Positions 48,313 to 58,496 are shown, counted from the first letter of the stretch. The stretch: DNA of 64,000 nt from an uncultured delta proteobacterium (GCA_963790475.1 CAWBOS010000010.1:448001-512000); one strand, 5' to 3'. The notes: generated from the sequence alone by a model not told the origin. Translations and numbers: made by a program.

Positions 48313-48450
48313 ATGCCGGCGGACCGATTCAAATTTATCGTCGTCCCATTTTTAGACGCTGGATTATATCTTTTCTTCGTGGCCCTGTTCAGCCGTAATC
48401 TGGCCGACTATGATCTGTGGGGGTATCTGAGTTTGAGCAAATCTGCTCCG
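48313..48450 (+). pseudogene. N-terminal stub of a GT-C-like membrane protein
   Basis: TM helix then ADYDLWGYL, resembling LDNDLWYHL of 54563-56719. Confidence 0.4.
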
Positions 48451-48518
48451 CCGGCTCTTATATTCGTTGGATGGAGAGAGAAACCAGCAATTTGATATTC
48501 GGAAATAGGTTCTGAACA

Positions 48519-49526
48519 ATGAGAACAGCGAAGGATTCCAATTGGGAGATAAAAGGAGAACCACCCTGTCTTTCCTGCGGGGGAAGACGGTTTGTGTCTC
48601 TTTTTGCTGCCTTAGACTTTGATGGCGGGACAGAATCCTTTTGTCTGATGGAATGTGAAAAATGCCGTCTGGTGAGAACGGCACCCATATTGAGCGATGC
48701 TCAATTGCAAAAATTTTATTCTTTACCCTATTATGGCGGCGGGAAAGAAAAATTCAATGGTCTAACCGAGAACCTGACCCGTTGGTTCAATTCCTTACGG
48801 GCCGGTTCGATTATGTCCCGAATGCCGGACATTCGAATATCTTCCCCAAGATACCCTCCTAAAGTTCTGGATATTGGTTGTGGGCGTGGTCATCTCCTGA
48901 AGATTTTAAAACAAAAAGGGTGTGACTGTTATGGCTTGGAAAGAAAGGCCTTTCCGGTGAATAGCCAATCCCAGGGCATTCATTTTTATAAAGAAAATCT
49001 TCAAGACATTAGGTTTGAGGACGATTTCTTCGATGCTGTCATCCTCTGGCATGTCTTAGAGCATCTGGAAAATCCCATATCTATTATTCAAGAAGCAGCC
49101 CGTATACTCCGACCCGGGGGTTTGCTGGCCTTGGCCGTCCCGAATTTCGGCAGCCTTCAGGCCAAGCTCTTTCGAGGGGACTGGTTTCATCTGGATTTAC
49201 CCAGACACACCCATCATTTTAGCTGGGATCCGCTTTGCCAGGTCTTAAATCAACAGGGCTTCCGGGTCGTTAAAAAAAGGACTTTTTCAGTAGAGCAAAA
49301 TATTTTCGGATTTATACAAAGTCTTTTTAATAAGACAATCCTGTGGTCCAAACCCAACCGGTTTTATTCCTTGTTGAAAAGAATGAACGGTACTGCTCCC
49401 ATCCCGAATTTTTTAATCTGGGCGGGCTTGGCTTTCTTGATTTTTCCCTTTGCTTTTCTGGAATATTTGATATCCGGGATGTCGGGCAAAGGGGCCACCT
49501 TAATGGTGTATGCTGAAAAATCTTGA
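48519..49526 (+). CDS. Class I SAM-dependent methyltransferase with Zn ribbon
   Basis: CLSC..CEKC, VLDIGCGRG, WHVLEHL, PRHTHHF. Confidence 0.85.
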   Translation: MRTAKDSNWEIKGEPPCLSCGGRRFVSLFAALDFDGGTESFCLMECEKCRLVRTAPILSDAQLQKFYSLPYYGGGKEKFNGLTENLTRWFNSLRAGSIMSRMPDIRISSPRYPPKVLDIGCGRGHLLKILKQKGCDCYGLERKAFPVNSQSQGIHFYKENLQDIRFEDDFFDAVILWHVLEHLENPISIIQEAARILRPGGLLALAVPNFGSLQAKLFRGDWFHLDLPRHTHHFSWDPLCQVLNQQGFRVVKKRTFSVEQNIFGFIQSLFNKTILWSKPNRFYSLLKRMNGTAPIPNFLIWAGLAFLIFPFAFLEYLISGMSGKGATLMVYAEKS

Positions 49527-49541
49527 TTTGACTTAGACCTC

Positions 49542-51416
49542 ATGTCCCTGACATATTTTCACTTCCTTTTGACCCTGTTTTTTTTAGCCCTCTTTATTTT
49601 TGTTTCCACCGGTCTCGGAATGCTGGTGTTAAGAAAAGTGGGCATCTCATTCATCGATTTCGGTGAATTATTTTTCTTTTCCATCGGAACCGGATTTGGA
49701 GTCCTCGGATATTCCATATTCGTTCTTGGGAGTTTTCAACTCCTTCGTCCTCAGATATTATATGGGCTGTTGGGCTCCCTGACAGCTTTGTCACTGCTCG
49801 GTTGGTTCGGGGGTAGACCTTTGCCGGCTTATCCAACATTCAACTTAAGAGAAAAGTCGCTATTAGAGCAATCGTCGGCCTTATTTCTTTTATTTGCTCT
49901 GCTGGCCGGCATGATCTTGGTTCTTACGCCGGAAACAGGAAAGGACGCCCTGATCTATCATCTGGCCGTCCCTAAACTTTTTTTAAAACACCAGGGATTT
50001 TACTTTATTCCCGGGAATATCTTTGCCAACTACCCCCTGTTCAATGAAATGCTTTTTCTTGCGGGTCTTTTTATTCAAGGGGAAGTGCTGGCCAAAGGAA
50101 TGCATTTTGTCGCCCTTCTTGGAATCCTTCTGGGCATAAGACAATTTAGCGGATTACCAAAGATCGAAAATCCCTTTCCATTTTTGAGTTCACTTATATT
50201 TTTGACCATCCCCTCTGTTTTCATAACCTCGCATTCGGCGTATAATGATCTTTTTATAACTTACTATTCCATGGCGGCAGTCCTCGCTTTTATCCATTGG
50301 TTTCAGCAGAGAAGCGATCGATGGCTGGTGGTATCGGGCATTTTTTCAGGATTGGCTGTCGCCAGCAAATATACGGCTCTTCTTCTACCCATCCTGGGCT
50401 GTTTGGGGATCTTATGGGCTTCTTCTTTCTATCGAGAGAAATTGAGGCAGGCGGGCCGATCCCTTTTTATATTTTTAACCTCAATGGCTCTTTTGGGCGC
50501 CCCATTTTACATCAAAAATTGGCTCGTGACCGGAAATCCATTTTATCCCTTTCTCTATCAGATTTTCGGCGGCCGTGGATGGGACCCCGATCAGGCCCGG
50601 CTTTATGAGACCTTTGTACGAAATTTAGGCCTGGGTCGGGATTTTTGGGACTATCTGCTTCTTCCCTGGAATTTAAGTTTTCAGGCCAGGCTGGGCAGCC
50701 CGCGATTTGATGGTCTTTTGGGCCCGATCTTTTTGCTAACCCTTCCTTTCCTGATCGGAGTGGGTCGCCTGGAGAAGCCGGTCAAGATCTTTTGTATTTA
50801 CTGCGCCTTCACTTTCTTGTTTTGGGCCTCTTCCGCCCAACAAATTCGTTATCTGATCCCGATTTTTCCTTTCTTGTCCTTGTTGACTGGCATCATTCTT
50901 GCTAAATATAAAAAGCAGCAGGTCTTGTGGATATTGTTGAGCTTCCTAATTATTGGGAGTATATTTTTTAATAGTACTTATATCATCCGTCATTTTGAGG
51001 CCATCAAACCCATAGGGGTCGTTATTGGGACTGAAGACCGAGACTCATTCTTAAGCCGAAGACTCCCATCTTACGGAATGTTTAATTATATCAATAAAAA
51101 TTTGCCTGGCAATTCCAAGCTTTTTTTGATTTATATGAGAAATTGGGGGTTTTTGTTGGATCGTGATTATTATTCCGATTCCATGTTTGAATCTTATACC
51201 ATTCAAAAGATCCTCTCCGAATCCCAATCGACAGGGGATATTAATCACGCGTTACGGTCCAGGGGATTCACCCACCTTTTTTATGACCAGAACTATATTT
51301 ATCGAGGTCTAAGTACCTTTTCCTCTGAAGAAAAAGAGAAGTTTTTAAATTTTCAAAAAAAATACCTGTCTTTAATAAAAAAAGAGGAGCCCTATTATCT
51401 CTTTCGGCTTAACTGA
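49542..51416 (+). CDS. GT-C fold membrane glycosyltransferase (ArnT/PMT-like)
   Basis: DALIYHLAVPK, SKYT, KNWLVTGNPFYPF, RYLIP. Confidence 0.75.
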   Translation: MSLTYFHFLLTLFFLALFIFVSTGLGMLVLRKVGISFIDFGELFFFSIGTGFGVLGYSIFVLGSFQLLRPQILYGLLGSLTALSLLGWFGGRPLPAYPTFNLREKSLLEQSSALFLLFALLAGMILVLTPETGKDALIYHLAVPKLFLKHQGFYFIPGNIFANYPLFNEMLFLAGLFIQGEVLAKGMHFVALLGILLGIRQFSGLPKIENPFPFLSSLIFLTIPSVFITSHSAYNDLFITYYSMAAVLAFIHWFQQRSDRWLVVSGIFSGLAVASKYTALLLPILGCLGILWASSFYREKLRQAGRSLFIFLTSMALLGAPFYIKNWLVTGNPFYPFLYQIFGGRGWDPDQARLYETFVRNLGLGRDFWDYLLLPWNLSFQARLGSPRFDGLLGPIFLLTLPFLIGVGRLEKPVKIFCIYCAFTFLFWASSAQQIRYLIPIFPFLSLLTGIILAKYKKQQVLWILLSFLIIGSIFFNSTYIIRHFEAIKPIGVVIGTEDRDSFLSRRLPSYGMFNYINKNLPGNSKLFLIYMRNWGFLLDRDYYSDSMFESYTIQKILSESQSTGDINHALRSRGFTHLFYDQNYIYRGLSTFSSEEKEKFLNFQKKYLSLIKKEEPYYLFRLN

Positions 51417-51417
51417 A

Positions 51418-53271
51418 ATGGAATTAAAATCACTACCTGCTGTCAACAAAAGATTATTGATTTCAGTCATTTTGATTGGAATGACCCTCTTGGTTTATTG
51501 GCCGGTGACCCGTTACCCATTTATTAATTTTGACGATGGGGGTTATGTCTTTAAAAATTTCGATGTCCAGGGTGCGCTGACCCTAAAAAAAATCGGTTGG
51601 GCTTTCACTACCACTCAACTCGCCAATTGGCATCCGCTGACTTGGCTGTCTTATCTGATGGATTATCAACTCTTTGGTTTGAATGCCGGAGGATATCATC
51701 TAACTAATTTATTTTTTCATTTGGCTAATTCCATATTACTTTTCCTTTTATTGGCAAGAATGACTAAAGGACTCTGGGCCGGTGCCCTGGTGGCCGCCCT
51801 CTTTGCCGTACATCCGCTCCATGTGGAATCCGTCGCCTGGATCGCTGAGCGCAAAGATGTCTTAAGTGCCTTTTTCTGGATACTCTCCATGATAACCTAC
51901 GTGTATTACGTCGAGCGTCCATCGGTTTATAGATACGTGCTGGTTCTCCTGACCTTTATATCCGGTCTGATGGCCAAACCGATGGTGGTGACTCTTCCCT
52001 TTGTCTTGATTCTGTTGGATTATTGGCCTTTGGGGCGCTTCCCCATTGGGAGAGCCGTTCATGGGAGAGATTCTTCGGGGACTCATCAAAGAAAGAATTT
52101 TTCTTTTCTTCTGTTGGAAAAGCTCCCCCTGCTCATCTTTTCGGTCGCCTCCTCTGTCATGACCTTTTATGCCCAACAAAGTGCCGGTGCCGTCAATCAA
52201 GAAATCCCCTTAGCGCCCCGAATTTCGAATATCATTTTGTCCTATATATCCTATCTGGAGAAAATGTTCTGGCCCTTGGATTTGAGCATCTTTTATCCAT
52301 TTTCAACGCACCTGCCCCTTTGGCAAATCATAGGGTCCGGATTTGTCCTGGTAGGCATCTCTTTTGGGGTAATGTGGAAATTAAAGCGGTATCCCTATCT
52401 GGCCGTGGGATGGTTATGGTTCCTCGGGACCTTGGTTCCAGTCATCGGTCTAGTCCAGGTAGGATCCCAGGCCTTAGCCGATCGATATACCTATATCCCC
52501 TACATAGGGTTATTTGTTATGATAACCTGGGGGATATCGGATCTACTTTTCCGCTGGTCCTGGAAGAGGATTTTTTTAGGTTTCATGGCCGGTATTTTAT
52601 TATCGATCTTATCGATCCTTTCCTGGGTCCAGGTCAATTACTGGGAAAATAGTATTACCCTCTTCCAACATGCTTTGAAGGTGTCGGCCGAGAATTATAA
52701 GGCCCATGATATTTTGGGCGTCACCTTAATGGAACAGGGGAAATGGGATGAAGCCGTTTTTCATTTCCGAGAGGCGATCCGGCTTAGACCCAATTATGGT
52801 TCAGCTTACAATAATATGGGGGTGGCTTTGGAGAAACAAGGAAAGGTAAGTCAGGCCATGGCCCAATATTCGGAAGCCCTAAGGGTCCGACCCGGCTTTT
52901 CGGAGGCGCAATATAACCTGGGGATCATCGAGTATCGTCAAGGAAATCTTGAAGAGGCCAAGGTTCATTTTCGCGCGGCGCTGCGGATAAATCATCAGTA
53001 CGCTGAAGCCTATAATAACCTGGCGGTGGTTCTTCTTAGTGAAGGCAAGATCGGGGAAGCCATAAATCAACTCTCTGAGGCTTTGAAAATAACGCCCTCC
53101 TACGCCGATGCCCATTATAATCTGGGAAGGGCACTGGCTTGTGTCGGTAAAATTGAGGAAGCTATGGGGCATTATCGGGAAGCGTTGAGAATTCAACCCG
53201 GCTTCCAAAAGGCTCTTAATAGCTTGAAACTGGCCCAAGAGAAAAAAAATAAACCGGAGGAAAAGTATTGA
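51418..53271 (+). CDS. TMTC-like membrane glycosyltransferase with TPR repeats
   Basis: FINFDD, WHPLTWLS, HPLHVESVAWIAERKDVL, ADRYTY, many TPRs. Confidence 0.82.
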   Translation: MELKSLPAVNKRLLISVILIGMTLLVYWPVTRYPFINFDDGGYVFKNFDVQGALTLKKIGWAFTTTQLANWHPLTWLSYLMDYQLFGLNAGGYHLTNLFFHLANSILLFLLLARMTKGLWAGALVAALFAVHPLHVESVAWIAERKDVLSAFFWILSMITYVYYVERPSVYRYVLVLLTFISGLMAKPMVVTLPFVLILLDYWPLGRFPIGRAVHGRDSSGTHQRKNFSFLLLEKLPLLIFSVASSVMTFYAQQSAGAVNQEIPLAPRISNIILSYISYLEKMFWPLDLSIFYPFSTHLPLWQIIGSGFVLVGISFGVMWKLKRYPYLAVGWLWFLGTLVPVIGLVQVGSQALADRYTYIPYIGLFVMITWGISDLLFRWSWKRIFLGFMAGILLSILSILSWVQVNYWENSITLFQHALKVSAENYKAHDILGVTLMEQGKWDEAVFHFREAIRLRPNYGSAYNNMGVALEKQGKVSQAMAQYSEALRVRPGFSEAQYNLGIIEYRQGNLEEAKVHFRAALRINHQYAEAYNNLAVVLLSEGKIGEAINQLSEALKITPSYADAHYNLGRALACVGKIEEAMGHYREALRIQPGFQKALNSLKLAQEKKNKPEEKY

Positions 53272-53343
53272 TGATCCATCCTGATCCGTCGGCCATCCAA
53301 AAGGGGTCGTCAATAATTACTTCAAAAAATAAAAAAATAGATC

Positions 53344-54087
53344 ATGTATAAAAACAAAAAAGTAGTCGTGGTCATGCCGGCCTACAACGCCGCCCGGACA
53401 CTGCGGAAAACGTATGAAGAAGTCATGGATCAAGGCGTCGTGGATCTGATCATTGTAGTCGATGACGGAAGTCAAGATGAAACAGGATCTATCGCCGGAA
53501 CATTAGCTCATACGAAAGTCTATCATCATAAAAAGAATCTCGGATATGGGGCCAATCAAAAATCCTGTTATCGACTGGCCATGGAAGAATCCGGGGACAT
53601 CATTATCATGGTCCACCCGGATTATCAATACACCCCAAAACTCATTCCCGCCATGGCCTCCCTTATCGGGAATGACCTTTACGATTGTGTCTTAGGATCA
53701 AGGATTTTGGGTGGGTATGCCCTTAAGGGGGGAATGCCTTTTTGGCGATACATTTCCAATAGATTATTAACACTGATAGGAAATATTTTTCTGGGAGCAA
53801 AGCTGTCCGAATATCATACGGGTTACCGGGCCTTTTCCCGCAGCCTGTTGGAAAAAATACCCTTCGAACTGAATTCCTATGATTTTGTTTTCGATAATCA
53901 GATGCTGGCCCAAATTATCTGGTATGGCTATGTCATTGCAGAAGTCAGTTGCCCTACTAATTATTATGCCGAGTCTTCATCTATTAATTTTTTCAGGAGT
54001 GTAAAGTACGGATTGGGATGTTTATGGACGGCCCTGACCTTTCGTCTGGCCAGGATGAAAATCATTCACGTCAAGCGGTTTTCATGA
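53344..54087 (+). CDS. Glycosyltransferase family 2 (polyprenol-phosphate glycosyltransferase-like)
   Basis: VVMPAYNAA, VDDGS, NLGYGANQK, HPDYQY, HTGYRAF. Confidence 0.88.
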   Translation: MYKNKKVVVVMPAYNAARTLRKTYEEVMDQGVVDLIIVVDDGSQDETGSIAGTLAHTKVYHHKKNLGYGANQKSCYRLAMEESGDIIIMVHPDYQYTPKLIPAMASLIGNDLYDCVLGSRILGGYALKGGMPFWRYISNRLLTLIGNIFLGAKLSEYHTGYRAFSRSLLEKIPFELNSYDFVFDNQMLAQIIWYGYVIAEVSCPTNYYAESSSINFFRSVKYGLGCLWTALTFRLARMKIIHVKRFS

Positions 54088-54562
54088 GGAGGTCCATTGA
54101 AAGGTTATTATTGTAGATTGTAGTGGGGTGAAATTTTTCTTATACTTCGAGTAAATTTTTCTCATTAAGCATAATGAGTTCAGGGGGCATAAGGTTGGCG
54201 AAGTGGATACCAACAGAGCCATCAACGGGAGCCTGAATGGATATATAAATAAGGTAGATTTCATAATCGCCCCGGATCCAGGTAATCCGGATTTCTTTAC
54301 TATCCTTCACTGTCTTTTATAAATTTGTAAAAATTGACTCCCGAAGATGCCGGTTGGGATCGGACCCTCCAATTGATATTCCCCAAGAAACCATGCCTCC
54401 CGATTCAAAGAATTTTTTATGAAGGCATCCAGGCTAATTAAATAATTGGGTTTGCTAGTCCAAATGAGATTCGGAGGAATAGCAGAATTGATATAGTACA
54501 TGCGCCTGGGGAGAGGATAATAACTTAAGGCTTCGGGGGAGACCAGTAATGAAGTGTTGTTG

Positions 54563-56719
54563 CTAAATCGCATAATCTTTCAGATTGACATCCCAATCTT
54601 TAAGCTGTTTTTCGATCCTTTTTTTCCATTCGGCCTCCCCCAAAGGGACTTTTATGTAGGCGTATATCATCAGCTTAGCGGCTTCGTCGGTTTTACCGGA
54701 TAACATGGCCATGGAGCTAAGATCAAAAAGTTCCTTATAAGTTGTTTCAGGATAAAAGATATCTATGCCCTTTTTTAAAAAATAGTAGGCTTTCCCGTAT
54801 TGGTGTGTCTCAATATAGGCCAGACCTAATGGTTTATAGACTTTAAATTTACTGGGCTCATCCGATTTTTTAATGGCAGTCTTATAAACCAAAATCGATT
54901 CGTCGTAATGTTTCAAACCTCGGAGAGCGTCCCCTTTCAACAGGTAACCATTAGGGTCCTCCGGGAAGTTTTTAATAATCGAATCGGCAAAGGTGAGTGT
55001 TCCACTATAATTCCCTTCCTTGTTAAAAATTGTGGCTAAAATCTGATTGGTCAACGAACAATCGGGAAAAATCTCCCTCATTTTTAACAATTTTTGTTTG
55101 ACTAAGTCTTTATTTTTCAGAGAATCGATGCTGTTATCCACTAATTCAAAAGGGTTTAAATCTCCTAAATCATATTGCACCGCCAGTTCGGGATAATGTT
55201 TTCGATTGAGGTAGAGCACATCGGAATAATCAAAAAAAACCAAGGTAAAGTCAGGGAATTTCTCAATTATTTTTGGAAAATTCTTATTATCATTGGGTAC
55301 CATGATAAAAGATGGATCATATTTTATCAAAAATTTTTTTAGCACATATTCATCATTCCGAGCATTGGTAGACAGAAAAGAGTCTTCGTCTTTAAAAAGA
55401 AAAGGTACTTCCATATCCGAGAAGATTTTATATTTCGGATATAGCATCCATTGTAAATAGCCTCCTTTATTAGGATGATTGAATATCTTACCTTTTGCCG
55501 GAATATAGTTTAAAAAGGTGACCACCCCTTGAGGAAGGTTTAACGTGGAGAAAGGGTACTTGGGTGGGTTGCCGAAATAATTTTTTAAACCGTAAAGTGG
55601 AAACAATAATATAAGACTGACCAGAGGGATCATCAGCCATTTGGTTTTTTTTGCCTGGAGATAAAATGACTGTGATAAAGGACGGATATTGATTAATGGA
55701 AGGGCCAGAAAGACGAATTCATAAGTAAAACGGAGTCCTTTAAAAAGTAATATCACACCACCTAAAAAGATGAAGAGATGGCTTATCCTGATTTTTCTTC
55801 TATTCCAAAGAGTCATTCCCACCGAAAAAATCACAACAAAAAAAATGATATTAAAAAGAGTGGTAGTCATCCGGGGTATTTTGGTGAATTGAAAGGAGAA
55901 AAGCTCATCTAAGCTTAAGGGTTTAAACTCTCTGATATACTGGGAGGCATGAGCAATAGAGCTGGTGGAAACCGTGATTAATTTCGAACCATGAGGGGTG
56001 ATATAGGGAGATCCTAAGGTAATAACTAAAGGAATTACATATAGTAAATCCTTGGGATTTAAATGGGTCTTTTGTCGAATATGGATATAAAAAAATTCGA
56101 GAAGATATCCGATGGTGATTAATAGTATAACCGGATATTCGATACCGTGAAGATTACACCAAAAAATGGCAATGATGGGCAGGAGAAAAACTTTTTGGGG
56201 ATGAAATTCAAGGATATAAAGGAAGAGCACGATGAAGAGGTAGCTAAAGTCATGGGGCCTGATCAATTCAAATCGTGTTAATAAAAAGAACGAATAAAGG
56301 GCGAAAATAATGATCAATGATAGGAGAGAATTTCTTTCCTCCCGGTTTTTGATTAGATATATGAAGATTATAGTTATTGTAGCCAGATAAAGAAAGGTTC
56401 TGAACTGAATAAGACCGTAGTAATCAAAAAGGGAATAGATCAGATAAACAGCCGCTTGAAAAAGCCAGTAATAGTCAACAAACTCCCGGGGAGGATCGAT
56501 GAAGGAGAAGTAACTGGTGTGGGGAAGAGCATGATTATTAAAGATGTATCTCCCGCTATTGAGATGATACCATAAGTCATTGTCAAGGGCTATAATCGGC
56601 CAATTAATAAGATAATAGGAAGCAAGGGATAAGAAAAGTAAGAAATACAAGGTGATTCCGGTCATGGGGTTCAGGTTATTGGGCAGGTGTAATTTAAATG
56701 TTTTAAGGAAGGACATCAT
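54563..56719 (-). CDS. GT-C-like membrane protein with C-terminal TPR, downstream of pilA
   Basis: DNDLWYHLNSGRYI, RPHDFS, WCNLHG, GGYL.W, TPRs. Confidence 0.7.
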   Translation of the reverse strand: MMSFLKTFKLHLPNNLNPMTGITLYFLLFLSLASYYLINWPIIALDNDLWYHLNSGRYIFNNHALPHTSYFSFIDPPREFVDYYWLFQAAVYLIYSLFDYYGLIQFRTFLYLATITIIFIYLIKNREERNSLLSLIIIFALYSFFLLTRFELIRPHDFSYLFIVLFLYILEFHPQKVFLLPIIAIFWCNLHGIEYPVILLITIGYLLEFFYIHIRQKTHLNPKDLLYVIPLVITLGSPYITPHGSKLITVSTSSIAHASQYIREFKPLSLDELFSFQFTKIPRMTTTLFNIIFFVVIFSVGMTLWNRRKIRISHLFIFLGGVILLFKGLRFTYEFVFLALPLINIRPLSQSFYLQAKKTKWLMIPLVSLILLFPLYGLKNYFGNPPKYPFSTLNLPQGVVTFLNYIPAKGKIFNHPNKGGYLQWMLYPKYKIFSDMEVPFLFKDEDSFLSTNARNDEYVLKKFLIKYDPSFIMVPNDNKNFPKIIEKFPDFTLVFFDYSDVLYLNRKHYPELAVQYDLGDLNPFELVDNSIDSLKNKDLVKQKLLKMREIFPDCSLTNQILATIFNKEGNYSGTLTFADSIIKNFPEDPNGYLLKGDALRGLKHYDESILVYKTAIKKSDEPSKFKVYKPLGLAYIETHQYGKAYYFLKKGIDIFYPETTYKELFDLSSMAMLSGKTDEAAKLMIYAYIKVPLGEAEWKKRIEKQLKDWDVNLKDYAI

Positions 56720-56782
56720 AACTAAGATTTTAATGTGGGATTCTTAATAAGGCAAGATATTTGGTAATCTTATTTTAAAATG

Positions 56783-56815
56783 ATGAAAAAGGGTGTGTTC
56801 CACACCCTTTTTCAT
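56783..56815 (-). terminator. Rho-independent terminator (bidirectional form)
   Basis: ATGAAAAAGGGTGTG-TTC-CACACCCTTTTTCAT. Confidence 0.75.
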
Positions 56816-56845
56816 TACGGTCAAAAGAAAAGATCTGGGATGAAA

Positions 56846-56923
56846 TTATCTGTTAAGGGTGTCATTTATCGCGCCGGAAGCATCCATAGTATAGACACCG
56901 GTGATTTGGGAACTGGCGCCGGA
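56846..56923 (-). pseudogene. Orphan pilin C-terminal fragment
   Basis: SGASSQITGVYTMDASGAINDTLNR* aligns with PilA ...TTYSIDANGALTP*. Confidence 0.55.
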
Positions 56924-56944
56924 TTAGGTTGAGGTCTAAATAAT

Positions 56945-57004
56945 AAAGCCGTCAATGGGTCTCTTGGCCCTCGCAAAATGGAAGGAGACCCATAGACGGT
57001 TCTT
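56945..57004 (-). terminator. Terminator after pilA
   Basis: CCGTC.ATGGGTCTC...GAGACCCAT.GACGG stem, T-rich tail on the minus strand. Confidence 0.65.
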
Positions 57005-57034
57005 CTTTAATGCGTTTGGAAATTAATTATTCTA

Positions 57035-57406
57035 TTACGGTGTTAATGCCCCATTAGCATCTATTGAATACGTTGTAGTCCCAGTGGTATGGGAAGAACT
57101 GAGGGCAAAAGCTTGCTGCGAACCGCTAGTGACGTTAACGTTTACATTCTTTGAGGGGTTATACCCGTAGAGTTTAATTGAGGGGAGATCTACCGTAGCG
57201 GCCGGGTTGTCTCCAAAATAGGCTTGACCTGCCGTATAGGCATTTTTGATGTCCGCCAGGGCGGAGGCATTATAAGCTCTCACGCGATATTGCGAAAACT
57301 GGGGGATGGCGATGGCCGCCAGGATGCCGATGATGGCGATGACGATCAACAATTCAACCAGGGTAAAACCTTTTTGATTCTTCTTTCTGTTTAATTTCTT
57401 CAACAT
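57035..57406 (-). CDS. pilA: Type IVa major pilin
   Basis: QKG|FTLVELLIVIAIIGILAAIAIPQF prepilin site; own sigma54 promoter and terminator. Confidence 0.9.
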   Translation of the reverse strand: MLKKLNRKKNQKGFTLVELLIVIAIIGILAAIAIPQFSQYRVRAYNASALADIKNAYTAGQAYFGDNPAATVDLPSIKLYGYNPSKNVNVNVTSGSQQAFALSSSHTTGTTTYSIDANGALTP

Positions 57407-57561
57407 GTTCTTTCTCCTTTTTTAATTTTTATTTTTTTAATCAATAGATCAAACTTTTTTGCTTTCTTAATAGTCCCTCCTCGATTAACCCACCTCCTTG
57501 CTCATTTAATTGAATGGTTTGAATTCCATTTTTTTTTAATGGGTAGATGAATATTTGGATA

Positions 57562-57577
57562 TGCAACAGGAGTGCCA
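57562..57577 (-). promoter_or_regulatory. Sigma54 promoter of pilA
   Basis: TGGCACTCCTGTTGCA, near-consensus. Confidence 0.85.
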
Positions 57578-57751
57578 GGTGGGGAGGAAATGGTTGTATG
57601 GAAAATTAGTTAACTATTTTAAATAGTTAGTATGGAGGAAAAAAGGAGAGGATTTCCCTGCATTTGTTTTCTGACAAAAATTGTTCCTAAAAAATGAAAA
57701 ATTGCTGGGAATTTTGTTTCCAACCCAACTCCCTAATAAAGTCTTTTTTTT

Positions 57752-57985
57752 GCCACAGACCTACACGGACAAAAGAAAGGACGAAATTCATATCTCTCAC
57801 AGAGCTCACAGAGCCACAGAGGTTGCCTAATTTATTGATTGCCGGTGAGAGGCCGGCAATAAGTGACCTTCGCTACCCTACGGGTAATTTTTTGGCCGGA
57901 GGCCTGAGATGTTTTGTTCAATCCCGCCTCTCACGGGATTGAACAATAATGATTCTCTCGGCGTTCTTTGCGGCTTTGCGGTGAA
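57752..57985 (+). repeat. Family A element, variant left end (CACAGAG repeats)
   Basis: CTCTCACAGAGCTCACAGAGCCACAGAG..TTGCCGGTGAGAGGCCGGCAA..TTCAATCCCGCCTCTCACGGGATTGAA..GCGGTGAA. Confidence 0.82.
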
Positions 57986-58035
57986 CAAAAACTTTGGGAG
58001 AAATCAGTAAGGTAATAAAGGATTCTCTTTACTAT

Positions 58036-58131
58036 TTATAGGATCGCTTTGTCTATGGCGACACGGAGATTATGTGGAATTTTTGCGGATTCTTTCTGTG
58101 CTTGTCTTTCGATGATGATTCTATGACTCAC
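58036..58131 (-). pseudogene. Truncated RelE/ParE-like toxin
   Basis: GTG overlaps the antitoxin stop; SHRIIIERQAQKESAKIP..LRVAIDKAIL*. Confidence 0.55.
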
Positions 58132-58337
58132 TGTGAAAGCCAATTCTTGCGGAATTTTTCATAAGGAATAAAAGAAACGGCTTCCCTCTCCGCTTTGAGG
58201 AGGTCGATAGTGTCTTCTAAATCTTCAATAAACTCCTCAAGCCTCTGAAAGTCTTTCGAGCTAATCAGTACACCTTTCCTCTTACCCCTTTCATCAATAA
58301 GGAATTTAGGTTTCGTCTCAAGTTCCAGCCTTTCCAT
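58128..58337 (-). CDS. Putative antitoxin
   Basis: FLIDERGKRKGVLIS.KDF..LEE..EDLED; coupled to the toxin stub. Confidence 0.65.
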   Translation of the reverse strand: MERLELETKPKFLIDERGKRKGVLISSKDFQRLEEFIEDLEDTIDLLKAEREAVSFIPYEKFRKNWLSQ

Positions 58338-58363
58338 CGAAAACCTCCTTCTATATTAATTCT

Positions 58364-58496
58364 GATGAACAGGTAAAAAGTCGTCACCCCGGTGAAAACC
58401 GGGGTCCAGAAGAATTATAACTACTTTAAAATACTGGATTCCGGCTTTCGCCGGAATGACATAGCTTGGGTTTCGGCCACTTTTTACGAACTTGTG
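58364..58496. repeat. Family B doublet in a MITE-like shell
   Basis: GATGAACAGGTAAAAAGT-CGTCACCCCGGTGAAAACCGGGGTCCAG..CTGGATTCCGGCTTTCGCCGGAATGAC..ACTTTTTACG. Confidence 0.78.

Noticed and set aside
54307-54573. 88-aa ORF downstream of the GT-C-like gene
   Set aside because: Possibly a C-terminal gene remnant, but there is no identifiable motif or RBS to support a call.
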